This document shows, one piece after another, positions 44,724-55,941 of a stretch of 64,000 nt of DNA. Within the stretch, counting starts at the first letter, position 1. Every line of letters starts with the position of its first letter. Under the pieces are notes generated by a model. The model was not told the origin of the DNA. It searched no databases and worked only from the letters and a program-made list of their open reading frames with translations. The DNA comes from an uncultured Hormoscilla sp. (lineage in GTDB: Bacteria > Cyanobacteriota > Cyanobacteriia > Cyanobacteriales > Desertifilaceae). Where the stretch lies: contig OZ001293.3 in NCBI GenBank assembly GCA_963921275.4, forward strand, positions 1,760,001 to 1,824,000, in the 5' to 3' direction. The position numbers and the translations under genes were made by a program.

Positions 44724-45010
44724 TCTCTTTTAGCTTCTTCGATAGTAGCAACTGAAGCAGGAACAACAGCTTGTGCTTCTACTATAGATTGTTCTAGTAA
44801 TTCTAGCATGGCAGGTGAAGCACTGGGATAGGATTCGGCAATCCGTAGTAGGAGTCTCGAAAAACGAGAGTAATAAGTTTGGGCCCGATCTCTAGTATTC
44901 TGGAGGAGATCGAAGTCAGTAATTGCCTCAGGGGTCTCACCATACTGTTCGAGTATAGTATATCCAGTCGAATTGGCTTCATTGATAATTGCCAGCAGCA
45001 GCGGCTGCAA
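44708..45010 (-). CDS. Hypothetical protein (5' end uncertain, repeat at 45036)
   Basis: Helical ORF ..SRLLLRIAESYPSASPAML.. Confidence 0.5.
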   Translation of the reverse strand: MQPLLLAIINEANSTGYTILEQYGETPEAITDFDLLQNTRDRAQTYYSRFSRLLLRIAESYPSASPAMLELLEQSIVEAQAVVPASVATIEEAKRDWTLS

Positions 45011-45260
45011 GCTTCAAAAACCTGTGGTGATTTCTACCGTTCCGGAAAAATCGGGTAGCTGGGCTATTTAAGCTGATTTGTCGGAAATGAACATATAAGA
45101 GCTTATAACTGTAGCTGGGAGCGATCGCTCATCAAGTCGATATCGCCAGTTATGGTAGAGCCTGGAAGGCCGGGCAGGGATATTCTAGAACAGGCACGCT
45201 GCCAGTCCGAAGCTACGGACAACTAACCACTGACAATGGATAACTGACAACGGACAGTAG

Positions 45261-46124
45261 ATGAAACTGTTAATTAGTAATGATGATGGTATATTGGCAC
45301 TAGGGGTGCGCAGTCTGGCTAATACACTGGTAGCAGCCGGTTATGAGGTGACTGTGGTTTGCCCCGATCGGGAAAGATCGGGGACTGGTCACAGTCTGAC
45401 ACTAGACCAACCCATACGCGCGGAACGAGTAGATGATATTTTTCACCCCGCAATCGTTGCTTGGGCTTGTACGGGCACTCCCTGTGATAGCGTTAAACTA
45501 GGACTAGAAGTATTGATTTCGGAACCGCCGGATTATGTGATCGCAGGAATTAACCAGGGAGCAAATTTAGGCACAGATATATTGTACTCCGGTACGGTAT
45601 CAGCGGCAATGGAGGGCAGTCTTTTGGGGATAGACAGCATCGCCTTGAGTCTGACAAGTTTCTCCTCGGCAGATTTTGCACCCGCAGCCAGTTTTGCCTC
45701 GGGAATGCTAGGTATATTAGAGCAGCAAGGTAAAAAATCAAAAATGCTGCTGAATGTAAATGTGCCAGCAGTTAGGTCTTCAGAAATAGCAGGGGTGGCA
45801 ATTACTCGTCAAGGGATACGTCGCTATGATGAGGTGTTTAAAAAACGAGTGGACCCTAGGGGGAAAACATATTATTGGTTAGCAGGTGAATTATTGTCCG
45901 ATTCGCTTCCAGATAGTATAGAATCAGAGGAACTCCCAACAGATGTACAGGCAATTAGTGCAAATTACATCAGCGTGACTCCTTTGCAGTATAATCTAAC
46001 TAGCTTTGGGGACATCGAGTGCTTGGAATTTATGGCAGCATTGTTTGAGGCAGGCGAGCCAAGGGTGAAAAATCAGGGATGGATCGCTGGTGATCGCCAG
46101 GGGGAGACGAGCAAGGGTGGGTAA
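45261..46124 (+). CDS. surE: 5'/3'-nucleotidase SurE
   Basis: [34 protein letters not shown]. Confidence 0.95.
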   Translation: MKLLISNDDGILALGVRSLANTLVAAGYEVTVVCPDRERSGTGHSLTLDQPIRAERVDDIFHPAIVAWACTGTPCDSVKLGLEVLISEPPDYVIAGINQGANLGTDILYSGTVSAAMEGSLLGIDSIALSLTSFSSADFAPAASFASGMLGILEQQGKKSKMLLNVNVPAVRSSEIAGVAITRQGIRRYDEVFKKRVDPRGKTYYWLAGELLSDSLPDSIESEELPTDVQAISANYISVTPLQYNLTSFGDIECLEFMAALFEAGEPRVKNQGWIAGDRQGETSKGG

Positions 46125-46300
46125 GGGGGTGGCGCGATGCTACGGTTAAGATGTTAAAAAAATATAAAGAGAGGCCCCTGAAGTAGCATTTGGTGGGAGA
46201 ACCATTGCCAAAAGCGAACAGCTCAGGTTAGGCTAGAAAAACAATAGGCAGTTCGCCTCGTTCACTGGGTAGAGTTAGTGAAATCCGGGAAAAAACACCC

Positions 46301-47212
46301 ATGTCTGACACGCCAAACGAATTCACAGTACAGTTTTGGGGCGTTCGAGGAAGTATCGCCTGTCCGGGCTCGGAAACAGTCCGCTATGGCGGAAATACTT
46401 CCTGTGTAGAAATGCGCGTGGGAGGCGATCGCCTAATATTCGATGGCGGTACGGGCCTGCGAGTTTTGGGACAAACCCTGTTGTCGCAAATGCCAGTAGA
46501 AGCCTATCTGTTTTTTACCCACTCCCACTGGGACCATATCCAGGGCTTCCCGTTCTTTGTCCCGGCCTTCATTCCGGGAAACCGCTTCCATATATACGGC
46601 TCAGTGGCTCCCAATGGCTCGACGCTCAAGCAACGGCTGAACGACCAAATGCTCCACCCTAATTTTCCGGTGCCCTTGCAGGTCATGGGCGCGGACCTGA
46701 AATTTTACAATCTCAAGATAGGGAAACCGGTGAAAATTGGAGAGATAAAGGTGGAAAATGCTCTGCTGAACCATCCAGGGGAAGCAGTGGGCTATCGGGT
46801 AAACTGGCGAGGTCATGCAGCTGCCTATATCACTGATACAGAACATTTCCCAGACCGGATGGATGAAAATGTATTGTGGCTGGCTCGGAATGCGGATGTG
46901 ATGATCTATGATGCCACTTACGCGGATGAAGAATACTACTCGCCAACATCGAGCAAGGTGGGCTGGGGACACTCGACTTGGAAAGAAGCTGTGAAGGTGG
47001 CAAAGGCAGCCAAGGTGAAAAAACTGGTCATATTCCACCACGATCCCCTGCATAATGATGATTTTCTAGATCGGGTTGGGGAACAAGTGGCTCAAGAGTT
47101 TCCTGGCAGTATAATGGCCAGAGAAGGGCTATCAATACCTCTGATGACACAGTCTGCACCCAGTCCAGAACCCATAGAAACAGAAAAAATTTCCACAAAA
47201 GAAAGGTTATAG
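46301..47212 (+). CDS. MBL-fold metallo-hydrolase (RNase Z/phosphodiesterase-like)
   Basis: FWGVRGS, YGGNTSC, THSHWDHIQG, WGHST, FHHDP. Confidence 0.88.
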   Translation: MSDTPNEFTVQFWGVRGSIACPGSETVRYGGNTSCVEMRVGGDRLIFDGGTGLRVLGQTLLSQMPVEAYLFFTHSHWDHIQGFPFFVPAFIPGNRFHIYGSVAPNGSTLKQRLNDQMLHPNFPVPLQVMGADLKFYNLKIGKPVKIGEIKVENALLNHPGEAVGYRVNWRGHAAAYITDTEHFPDRMDENVLWLARNADVMIYDATYADEEYYSPTSSKVGWGHSTWKEAVKVAKAAKVKKLVIFHHDPLHNDDFLDRVGEQVAQEFPGSIMAREGLSIPLMTQSAPSPEPIETEKISTKERL

Positions 47213-47261
47213 TTGCTAGTTAGGTGGTAAGTGCCAGTTTGCGTAAGAATAACGTAAGCGT

Positions 47262-48170
47262 GTGTGGTTGACAAAATCGCTAAAGAATGCTCTTAAGCCA
47301 ACGGCGATCGCCCTGGGAAATTTTGATGGCGTCCATAGAGGGCATCGGCAGGTAATTAACCCTATTTTTCAGGTGGCAGACTCGGTATGGGCAACGGTGG
47401 TCACCTTCAATCCTCATCCTCAAGAGTTCTTTACGGGCCAACCCCGTCTGTTGCTGACTCCCACTCTGGAAAAGGTGCAGCAGCTAGAAGCCCTCGGGGT
47501 GGCACAGGTGGTACTGTTGCCTTTCGATCGCGATCTGGCCCAGTTGAGTGCCTCGGAGTTCGTGGCCAAAATTCTGGTGCAGCAGCTGCAAGCAAAGCTG
47601 GTGACGGTGGGGGCAGATTTTCGCTTTGGCTCTCAGCGTGGAGGAACGGCAGGTGATTTGCTCTCGATCGCCTCTGGTTTTGGCGTCCGGGTGGCGATCG
47701 CGCCTTTACAAACCTGTGTGGAAGGTAGGATCAGTTCCTCACTGATCCGCAAGGCATTAGAGTATGGGGAACTCCAGCAAGCAAACAGACTTTTGGGACG
47801 CCCCTATAGTCTGGTGGGAGTTGTCCAGAAAGGGAAACAGCTAGGCAGAACGATCGGGTTTCCTACGGCTAACCTGCAGTTACCTCCCGAAAAGTTTTTG
47901 CCCAGACAAGGTGTTTACAGGGTACGGGTTGACTGTGAGGCGATCGCCAGTCCGGTCTTAGGCGTGATGAATCTGGGAAAACGCCCCACGGTAGATGGCA
48001 CCCGTCAAACTGTAGAGGTACATCTGTTAGATTGGTCCGGGGATTTGTACGGACAGACTTTGACGGTGAGTCTGGAAGCATATATTCGACCGGAACAAAA
48101 ATTTGCTTCTCTGGAGGATCTCAAGGCTCAGATTCTCGCAGACTGCGAGGCGGCGAGAAAATCTAAGTAA
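47262..48170 (+). CDS. ribF: Bifunctional riboflavin kinase/FAD synthetase
   Basis: LGNFDGVHRGH, ISSSLIR, GRTIGFPTAN, VEVHLLD. Confidence 0.96.
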   Translation: MWLTKSLKNALKPTAIALGNFDGVHRGHRQVINPIFQVADSVWATVVTFNPHPQEFFTGQPRLLLTPTLEKVQQLEALGVAQVVLLPFDRDLAQLSASEFVAKILVQQLQAKLVTVGADFRFGSQRGGTAGDLLSIASGFGVRVAIAPLQTCVEGRISSSLIRKALEYGELQQANRLLGRPYSLVGVVQKGKQLGRTIGFPTANLQLPPEKFLPRQGVYRVRVDCEAIASPVLGVMNLGKRPTVDGTRQTVEVHLLDWSGDLYGQTLTVSLEAYIRPEQKFASLEDLKAQILADCEAARKSK

Positions 48171-48315
48171 CTGGCATATATTTATAAGGTAAAATCACCC
48201 TCACCCAATCATGAATGTTTTAAGTTACTCCCATCCCAAAATTGAGAATGCAGTCACGATTGTTATAACTGAAGTGATTGGAGATCATCTCTCGATCTGA
48301 TCCAGTTTCCACAAC

Positions 48316-48828
48316 TCATTTTTCGCTGATTCTCGCAGGGGAAGAATAATTAGTCTGCTGGAGATTTACTTCTGGGGGAATTTCCTCGATCCAGTAAGGG
48401 GCGACAAACTGGAACCCGTTAGAGAATATCTGAGGTTTATCGCTGATCCGGAACACGGACTTGAAACCTATACCTTTTTCCCCAATATACCCGATCGCGT
48501 GACTTTTGGTGCTATTGCCCACATCACAGATTGCTCTAACATTGGCTTGAGTAAAACCGCTCTCATTATTTACCACTATAATCTTTTCTGGTGCTATGGT
48601 AATGGTTAGGGTCACTCCCGATCGATAATGATTATCGTCTGCATTTTGGATCAGTTCGAGAATGAAATGGGTTTCCTTAGAGTAAAGGTCTACAGAGAGT
48701 CGTTCCAGGGCGCTATTGAGACTTTTCTTCAAGCTATCAATCACGCTTTTAGCTGCTGCATCAGTTGACAAGCCAATTCCGTAAGTATTCTTTCTGATAT
48801 CTTCGATAATCTCTCGTGGTGAAGCCAT
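48316..48828 (-). pseudogene. Sacsin/NOV-like GHKL ATPase N-terminal fragment
   Basis: ELIQNADD, NNESGF, IGEKGIGFKSVF; truncated. Confidence 0.75.
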
Positions 48829-48845
48829 TTTATTTTTCCCCGTTT

Positions 48846-48960
48846 GTAGTAAACACTTTAGTGTTTCCGCGCAAGCAAGCACTTTAGTGCTTACTACGAA
48901 CGAAGTGCTTACTGTTTGTAGTAAACACTTTAGTGTTTCCCTGAAGTGCTTGCTACGAAC
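48846..48960. repeat. GTAG-type REP palindrome cluster
   Basis: GTAGTAAACACTTTAGTGTTT and inverted CACTTTAGTGCTTACTAC. Confidence 0.7.
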
Positions 48961-48990
48961 GCTGTCTTTGATTCTCTTGACTTTTTATAG

Positions 48991-49270
48991 GTGCGATTCG
49001 TTCTGGCGTAACTGGGCACCACGTCCAGGATAGTCAGGTGGGGTTTTACCCACAACTCAGGCGTTATGAGGATTAGATTTCCGTGCGATTCGTTCCGACG
49101 TAACTGAGTAATCAGGATAGTCGGGTGGGGTCCAAACCCACAACTCAGACGTTATGGGGGTCAAATTCCCCCCCCATGTACAGGGGTGACACCGGTGCTC
49201 TCCTCTCCGCGTGCGCTGAAGCGCGTACGCTCCGGGATGCGCTTCGGTGCTGTGGAGCATCATCGATGCA
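48991..49270 (+). mobile_element. Two nested/tandem group II intron 5' fragments (starts at 48991 and 49083)
   Basis: Two GTGCGATTCGTTC starts with homologous domain I sequence; no DV or DVI follows. Confidence 0.8.
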
Positions 49271-49507
49271 CCCGGCTATCAACTATTTGTGACCGCACCC
49301 TTCTGAGGGCCCAAAACGTCACCGGTTACTACTTATCACCTGTGGCGAGCTTGCTGTTCCCAATGAGGAACCAAAAAATGAAGTCTAATTCCTTCCCTAA
49401 CAAAGCAGGAAATGCTACTATAGATAGCTAAAAGCTAGCTTCCCTCAAGGTCGCCAGTGACCAACCTGTTGGACCAACCTCTAAAAAAGTTCATCTCAGG
49501 AGATATT

Positions 49508-50112
49508 ATGGCTGTATTTAACGTCGCACACCAGAACAACTATCCCAAGCCATTACCACTTCCAGTGATAACGGTGAGGCAGATACCATTAACATCACGG
49601 GAGATATTACCCTGGCAGGGTTGCTACCCCTTATTGAAATTCAAGAAGACTTCGAACTCACGATAGATGGGAACAACAACACCATTAATGGCAACAACCA
49701 ATACCGGCTGTTCTTTGTCAGAAGCGGTACAGTCAATTTCGATAACCTGACCTTTAGCAACTGCCGGGCCCAGGGAGGCAATGGCGGCGGCGGGGCGGCA
49801 GGCATGGGCGGTGCCCTGTTTGTCTTTGACGGGACGGTCACGGTGACCGATAGCACTTTCCAGAATAATAGCGCCATTGGTGGCAATGGCGGCGGCCGTG
49901 CAGCGGGTGGTAATGCTAATTTCACTCCTTTTCCTCGTAATAACGGCAGCAACGGCAGCTTCGGCGGCGACGGCGGCTTCGGCGGCAACGGCGGCTTCGG
50001 CGGCGACGGCGGCTTCGGCGGCGGCGGCTTCGGCGGCGACGGCGAAAGCGGAAGCCGCGCTATGTGCAAATATTTTTGTCCGCCTACTTATCCGGCATTG
50101 CTCTCAATTTGA
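49508..50112 (+). pseudogene. Glycine-rich secreted/outer-membrane protein N-terminal remnant
   Basis: TIDGNNNTINGNNQYRLFFV, GGGAAGMGGALFV, GGDGGF repeats; frameshifted and truncated. Confidence 0.6.
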
Positions 50113-50151
50113 GCTAGAATATAAGGTAAGTGAAAGTAATGTTTAATTTCC

Positions 50152-51570
50152 ATGAGCATTCGCCAGTCAACGAATGAAAAAGAACAACAGGATTTATCCT
50201 CTGATGTAAATGCCTCTGATGAAAGAGTTCAGAGGATGGATCCATTTTTAAAAAATAGAGGGAACTGGTGGGCGATCGCAGCAGCAGTAACGGCTTTAAC
50301 AGTTATGACTGCTGCGGTCACAAGCTTGGCTATTCTCTACAGTTTCGGAATGTCTCGCACGGAAGAAAATCTCCCATCAGACAGGCCATCAGACAGGCGA
50401 GACGCCCATTCCACGGCTGGTACAGATCCAGTGGTTGAGGCGGTAGCGGCTTCGGATTACATCGAACCAGAAGGAGAAGTAATTAGTATATCAGCACCGG
50501 CATTTGTGGAAGGGGCGCGAGTCGAGCAATTGTTAGTTAAAAGAGGAGATAAAGTAGAAATTGGAGACCTGGTGGCAATTCTCGATAGCCGCGATCGCCT
50601 GGAAGCGGCCCTGAAACTGGCCCAAGAGCAAGTGAAAGTTGCCGAAGCGAGTTTAGCGAGGGTAAAAGCGGGAGCCAAACAAGGTGCGATCGAGGCACAG
50701 GAGGCGACTATTGAAAGATTAAAAGCCGAACTCCAAGGGCAAAAGGTGGCTCGAGAGGCCACAGTGGCAAGTTTAGAGTCCCGTTTGCAAGGAGAAAAGG
50801 AAGCACAAGCAGCAACGATTGAGCGTTTGAGAGCCCAGTTAAAAAATGCGGCAACGGAATGTCGGCGCTATCAGAACCTCTATGAAGGGGGTGCGGTATC
50901 GGCCTATCTATATGAAAGTACCTGTTTAGAAGAGGAAACTATTAGAGAACAACTTCAAGAGGCGTCCGCAATTTTATTCAGAATTGTCAATACTCTCCCC
51001 AAGGATATTAACGAGGCGAAAGCAAATTTAAGCCGCACGGTGACCACCCTGGAAAAGCAGATCCTGGAAGCAGAAGCAAGGTTAGCGGAAATTGCCGAAG
51101 TGAGAACCGTAGATGTAGCCCTGGCAGAAGCAGAACTGTCTCGGGCGATCGCGGCTGTCTCCCAGGCCCAGGCCAACCTCGATTTAGCTTACGTGAAAAC
51201 CCCCCGATCGGGTCAAATTCTGAAGATTCACAGTTGGCCAGGAGAACTGGTGGGCGATCTGGGAATAGTGGAACTAGGTCAAACGGACCAGATGTATGCG
51301 GTAGCGGAGGTGTATGAAACAGATATAGGTAAAATTCGTTTGGGTAATCAAGCTATTGTCACTAGCGATGGATTTAGCGGTCAAATCAAAGGCACAGTTG
51401 AAGAAATTGCCCTGCAAATCGGCAAAAAAGACGTTCTGGGAACCGATCCAGTGGCTGATGCCGATGCTAGAGTAGTAGAAGTAAAAATTCGCCTGGAAGA
51501 TAGCGAGAAAGTGGCAGGTTTAACTAACTTGCAAATTAACGCCATCATTGATGTATCGAGTACAAAATAA
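50152..51570 (+). CDS. devB: DevB family ABC-exporter membrane fusion protein
   Basis: EPEGEVISIS, long coiled coil, AVAEVYETDI, DARVVEVKIRL. Confidence 0.88.
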   Translation: MSIRQSTNEKEQQDLSSDVNASDERVQRMDPFLKNRGNWWAIAAAVTALTVMTAAVTSLAILYSFGMSRTEENLPSDRPSDRRDAHSTAGTDPVVEAVAASDYIEPEGEVISISAPAFVEGARVEQLLVKRGDKVEIGDLVAILDSRDRLEAALKLAQEQVKVAEASLARVKAGAKQGAIEAQEATIERLKAELQGQKVAREATVASLESRLQGEKEAQAATIERLRAQLKNAATECRRYQNLYEGGAVSAYLYESTCLEEETIREQLQEASAILFRIVNTLPKDINEAKANLSRTVTTLEKQILEAEARLAEIAEVRTVDVALAEAELSRAIAAVSQAQANLDLAYVKTPRSGQILKIHSWPGELVGDLGIVELGQTDQMYAVAEVYETDIGKIRLGNQAIVTSDGFSGQIKGTVEEIALQIGKKDVLGTDPVADADARVVEVKIRLEDSEKVAGLTNLQINAIIDVSSTK

Positions 51571-52742
51571 TGATTCTTAAAATCCTCACAGCTTGGTTAC
51601 AACTGAAACATGACTATAGCCGGACAATAGTAGCCCTATCGGGAATTGTATTTGCTGTAGTGATGATCTTCATGCAAATAGGTTTCCGCGAAGCCTTATT
51701 TGATAGCGCAGTCCATCTGCATAAAAGTTTGGAGGGGGACGTTTTTTTGATCAGTCCCAGATCCACTTCTCTAACGGGGATGGAAAATTTTTCGGAAAGA
51801 CGCTTAGAACAAACTTTAGCTTTTAAGGAAGTTGAATTCGTTACGCCTATATATTTAGGGTTTGGTCAGTGGAAAAATCCGGAAACTAAAAATTCTTGGC
51901 GTCCCATATATGTTATTGGATTTGAAATTAGAGAAGGAGTCTTTAACTTGCCAGGAGTTCGGGAAAATCTAGAGAAACTGAAAATGCCAGATGTAGTATT
52001 ATTTGACGAGGCTTCTCGGTCTGAGTTTGGTCCGGTAGTTGCGGAATTAAAGCAGGGAGTCACGGTGACGACAGAGGTGGGAAACCGAGGACGGGGAAAT
52101 CGCCGAGTTCAGGTAGTCGGATTATTTAAGTTAGGAACATCATTTGGAGCGGATGGTAATTTAATTACCAGCCATTTGAACTTTCTGCGGATTTTCAGTC
52201 AACGGCCAAAAGGATTGATTGAGGTAGGATTAATTAAGTTAAAACCGGGAACCAATATCAATAGTTTAGTTGCCAAGATTAAGCAATTATTACCTGAAGA
52301 TGTGAAAGTGCTATCTAAGAAAGAATTTATTCAATTCGATCAAGCATATTGGCAAAGCAGTACGGAGATCGGGTTTGTCTTCAACTTGAGTGTAGGGATG
52401 GCAATTATTGTAGGTATTGTGGTAGTGTATCAAATACTTTATACCAACGTGACAGACTATCTGCCAGAATACGCAACCCTAAAAGCGATGGGTTACACTC
52501 AAAATTATCTGCTATCCTTAGTTTTCCAAGAGGCGATTATCTTAGCAGTTTTAGGTTACGTCCAGGGATTGATTATGGCTTTGTTTGCATATAAAATGTC
52601 TCGGGATGCGACATCTTTGCCAATAGAAATGAATTATATTCGAGCTATAACTGTCCTGGTCTTGACAGGATTGATGTGTTGCATTGCGGGCGCGATCGCG
52701 GTACGTAAACTCCGAGATGCAGACCCAGCAGATATTTTTTAA
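51570..52742 (+). CDS. devC: DevC family ABC-exporter permease
   Basis: AWLQL, FMQIGFREALFDS, EYATLKAMGY, KLRDADPADIF. Confidence 0.9.
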   Translation: MILKILTAWLQLKHDYSRTIVALSGIVFAVVMIFMQIGFREALFDSAVHLHKSLEGDVFLISPRSTSLTGMENFSERRLEQTLAFKEVEFVTPIYLGFGQWKNPETKNSWRPIYVIGFEIREGVFNLPGVRENLEKLKMPDVVLFDEASRSEFGPVVAELKQGVTVTTEVGNRGRGNRRVQVVGLFKLGTSFGADGNLITSHLNFLRIFSQRPKGLIEVGLIKLKPGTNINSLVAKIKQLLPEDVKVLSKKEFIQFDQAYWQSSTEIGFVFNLSVGMAIIVGIVVVYQILYTNVTDYLPEYATLKAMGYTQNYLLSLVFQEAIILAVLGYVQGLIMALFAYKMSRDATSLPIEMNYIRAITVLVLTGLMCCIAGAIAVRKLRDADPADIF

Positions 52743-53143
52743 TGGAGAATGGAAAATTGACTGTAGGTTGGGTTGAGGCACGAAACCCAACGGGAGCAAA
52801 CTAGATCGACTGTTTAGTAATTAACAATTAAAAATAAAAAATTAGCAATTATACGAATTGTAAAATTTCTGTGATATTGTCAAATCGCTCCAACCCTTAT
52901 GGTGTTTGCAATTTCCCGTATCACATCTATCTGATATCGTATCACATCTATCTGAGAAACGCTATATACCATTTTATTAAACATATTACAGACTTGACTC
53001 TGCATGGATGCATAGATAGGATAGGAGGCGGGAGCCTCAGAAGATCGTTCCCAGGTAGAACCTGGGAACGAGAGACGAGAGAGTAGCAGTTTTTTCTCTA
53101 TCACAACTTTAGACGGTTTCCAGGTAATTAACAATTAACAATT

Positions 53144-53893
53144 ATGGAATCGATAGTTGAAATTCGGAACCTCAATCACTATTATGGCAGAAAATTACTC
53201 CGCAAACAGGTTTTATTTAATATAGATTTAACCATCAATCGAGGAGAGATTGTGATTCTCACTGGTCCATCAGGATCGGGAAAAACGACCTTGTTATCCT
53301 TGATCGGAGGTTTGCGTTCAGTGCAAGGAGGAAGTCTGATAGCATTAGGAAAAGAATTAAATGGGGCTTCTGAGCAGCAACTGGTCCGGGTACGTCGGCA
53401 GATTGGCTATATTTTTCAAGGTCATAATTTATTACCATTTATGACAGCCAGACAAAATGTCCAAATGTCAGTGGAATTACATGAAAAGATTTCTGACCGT
53501 CAAGCTCGTGCTAAATCTGATGCTATACTCAAGGCAGTTGGTCTCGGCCAGTACGCGAACTACTATCCTCAGAACCTCTCAGGGGGACAAAAACAGCGGG
53601 TGGCGATCGCCCGTGCCTTGGTAAGTTATCCCCAATTAATATTAGCAGACGAACCCACAGCGGCCTTAGACAGTAAAACAGGTCGAGAGGTAGTGGATCT
53701 GATGCATAATTTAGCCAAAGAAGAGGGGGCGGCGATCTTGATGGTAACCCACGACCATCGGATATTGGATCTGGCCGATCGGATCCTGAAGATGGAGGAT
53801 GGTAGCTTGCTGGGAGAAGAAGAAATAGCCATAGAAAAATCACAACAAATAAATGCCTACCTACAAAACATTGCCAATTATCCGCGAACATAA
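53144..53893 (+). CDS. devA: DevA family ABC-exporter ATPase
   Basis: GPSGSGKTT, LSGGQKQRVAIARAL, LADEPTAALD. Confidence 0.9.
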   Translation: MESIVEIRNLNHYYGRKLLRKQVLFNIDLTINRGEIVILTGPSGSGKTTLLSLIGGLRSVQGGSLIALGKELNGASEQQLVRVRRQIGYIFQGHNLLPFMTARQNVQMSVELHEKISDRQARAKSDAILKAVGLGQYANYYPQNLSGGQKQRVAIARALVSYPQLILADEPTAALDSKTGREVVDLMHNLAKEEGAAILMVTHDHRILDLADRILKMEDGSLLGEEEIAIEKSQQINAYLQNIANYPRT

Positions 53894-53950
53894 CCCTCCA
53901 CTCTCAACTTTAGAAGAAATTGCCAAAACATTGCGCGATCACACTCCTTC

Positions 53951-54229
53951 GTAGTGAGGACTAAAGTCCTCCGTCGCCGTTTGTAGTGAGGACTAAAGTC
54001 CTCCGTCGCCAACGCGCTGTTGAAGACTAAAGTCTTCACTACGAACCTGTTGAAGACTAAAGTCTTCACTACAAACCTGTTGAAGACTAAAGTCTTCACT
54101 ACAAACCTGTTGAAGACTAAAGTCTTCACTACAAACCTGTTGAAGACTAAAGTCTTCACTACAAACCTGTTGAAGACTAAAGTCTTCACTACAAACCTGT
54201 TGAAGACTAAAGTCTTCACTACAAACCTG
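53951..54229. repeat. REP array: two GTAG palindromes, then 7 tandem 30-bp inverted units
   Basis: (CTGTTGAAGACTAAAGTCTTCACTACAAAC)x7 with no variable spacers. Confidence 0.9.
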
Positions 54230-54890
54230 GCCCGATCGCGTGCAACTCTGCTTCCAGGCTTTGAGCGCGTCGTTCTGCGGCCTGTAGCAGTTCTTCTGGA
54301 GTCAGAAATCTTTTTCCTTGTTCGTCATACCAGTAAATCCATTCCCGAGTTATTCCTTGATAGGTTCCCATTTCGCTACCAATGCCCAAACCAATTTCTG
54401 GCAACCAAACAGGATTTGTCAACTGTCGCTGATACCTGCCATCCACCAAGCGATAAACTTCCAGAGGTGGTTTGCCGCGACGCATCGTATTATAAATTAC
54501 GTAGTACAGCACTTCCAATTCAGTATAGATGTCCTTCCTAAAGAAATATTCTCCTCCACCTTCACGGCAAATCACCTCTAGGGTCAAAATCGGCGGGATC
54601 TGCTTTTCTTCCCACATGACATAACTCAAGCGGAGTTCTTCTTCCAAAACTCGATCAACTCCCAAACTCAGAAACCCATCTGGGACGATCGCGGTTTCAT
54701 CGGGGTGATAATAAATCCCCAATGCAGCACCAAAAAACCAATCCCACCGTTCTCCCCAGATTATCGCCAGAGTCGCCTCCAGCAAACTGGGCATCAAATG
54801 TTGTAGTTGATTTTGATTATTCGCCGCCTGTTTGTCAGTGTCCCGTAACTCTTCAGCATCAGGTACATTGCGATCGGAATACTCGAACAT
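54219..54890 (-). CDS. Uma2 family endonuclease-like protein
   Basis: IVPDGFLSLGV, PILTLEVI, LYYVIYN. Confidence 0.85.
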   Translation of the reverse strand: MFEYSDRNVPDAEELRDTDKQAANNQNQLQHLMPSLLEATLAIIWGERWDWFFGAALGIYYHPDETAIVPDGFLSLGVDRVLEEELRLSYVMWEEKQIPPILTLEVICREGGGEYFFRKDIYTELEVLYYVIYNTMRRGKPPLEVYRLVDGRYQRQLTNPVWLPEIGLGIGSEMGTYQGITREWIYWYDEQGKRFLTPEELLQAAERRAQSLEAELHAIGPGL

Positions 54891-54997
54891 AGTTTTTCTC
54901 TATCTCATCATTTGTAACCCAGAAACCCGGTTTTTTGTCAAAACCGGGTTTCTTAATTATAGCAGATCGAGACCACCCGATCGCCCGTCACCTCTTT

Positions 54998-55711
54998 TCA
55001 ATTAAGAGAGTCTGGATCTATGCCGAGCGATCGCAACTGTTCCGCCAGATATAAAGCGCGTTGTTCAGCTGCTTGGCGGAGTTGTCGCTCTTGCTGGGTC
55101 AATTCTTCGGGAGTCAGAAATCGTTCTCCTCGCTCATTATACCAGTAAAGCCATTCCCGCGTTATCCCCTGATATGTGCCTTTCTCTGTACCAATTCCCA
55201 AATCTATCTCTGGTAACCAAACCGGATTTCCTTCCTGCAACTGGTACGTTCCCTTCACCAATTTATAAACTTCTAGACGTTGTTTACGGCGGCGAAATGG
55301 ATTGTAAATTACATAATACAATATTCCCATTTCTGCATAGATATCCTTCTTTGATTTATATTCCCCACCCCTGTTCTTTGAAACCACCTCTATGGTCAAA
55401 ATCGGCATCACATTATTTTCTTCCCAGAGGACGTAGCTTAAGCGGAGTCCCTCATCAACCACTCGATCGACTCCCAAGCTGAGAAATCCATCCGGGCTGA
55501 TCGCCGGTTCTTCTGGGTGATGATAAATCCCCATGTCAACCCCGAAAAACCAGTCCCACCGTTCTGCCCAGATCGTCGCCAGTATTGCCTCCAGCATACC
55601 GGGAATTAAATGTTGTAATTGATTGTCCACAGGTTTTTCGTCAGAGTCAGGTAGATCTTCAGCCCCAGGTAAGCAGTCTAACAGATTGTACTTTAACATA
55701 AGCAGCTTCAC
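54998..55711 (-). CDS. Uma2 family endonuclease-like protein
   Basis: LPDSDEKPVDNQLQ, PDGFLSLGV, IEVVS. Confidence 0.88.
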   Translation of the reverse strand: MKLLMLKYNLLDCLPGAEDLPDSDEKPVDNQLQHLIPGMLEAILATIWAERWDWFFGVDMGIYHHPEEPAISPDGFLSLGVDRVVDEGLRLSYVLWEENNVMPILTIEVVSKNRGGEYKSKKDIYAEMGILYYVIYNPFRRRKQRLEVYKLVKGTYQLQEGNPVWLPEIDLGIGTEKGTYQGITREWLYWYNERGERFLTPEELTQQERQLRQAAEQRALYLAEQLRSLGIDPDSLN

Positions 55712-55941
55712 CAGAACGATAATATAATTATACTCTATCTGCCAATTTTAAAACAACAGCATGATAATATATGAAATCAGTCAAGCGATCAGTTAAGTGT
55801 GGGAATAATGGACGCTACCATCGGACTGTAGCGAAAAAAAATTACACCCAAGGGCTTTTGCTGAATGCCGATCGCAGGGCAATATTGCTATACTAAAGAG
55901 ACGATTCTGCTTTAACAATGCCTTGCGGAGCAACTATCCTG

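Noticed and set aside
54019..54229. Possible CRISPR array
   Set aside because: The 30-bp units are contiguous with no unique spacers, and no cas genes are present
53878..54541. Repeat-containing ORFs (KTLVFNRFVV and KTKVFTTNLL)
   Set aside because: Artefacts of the 30-bp REP array
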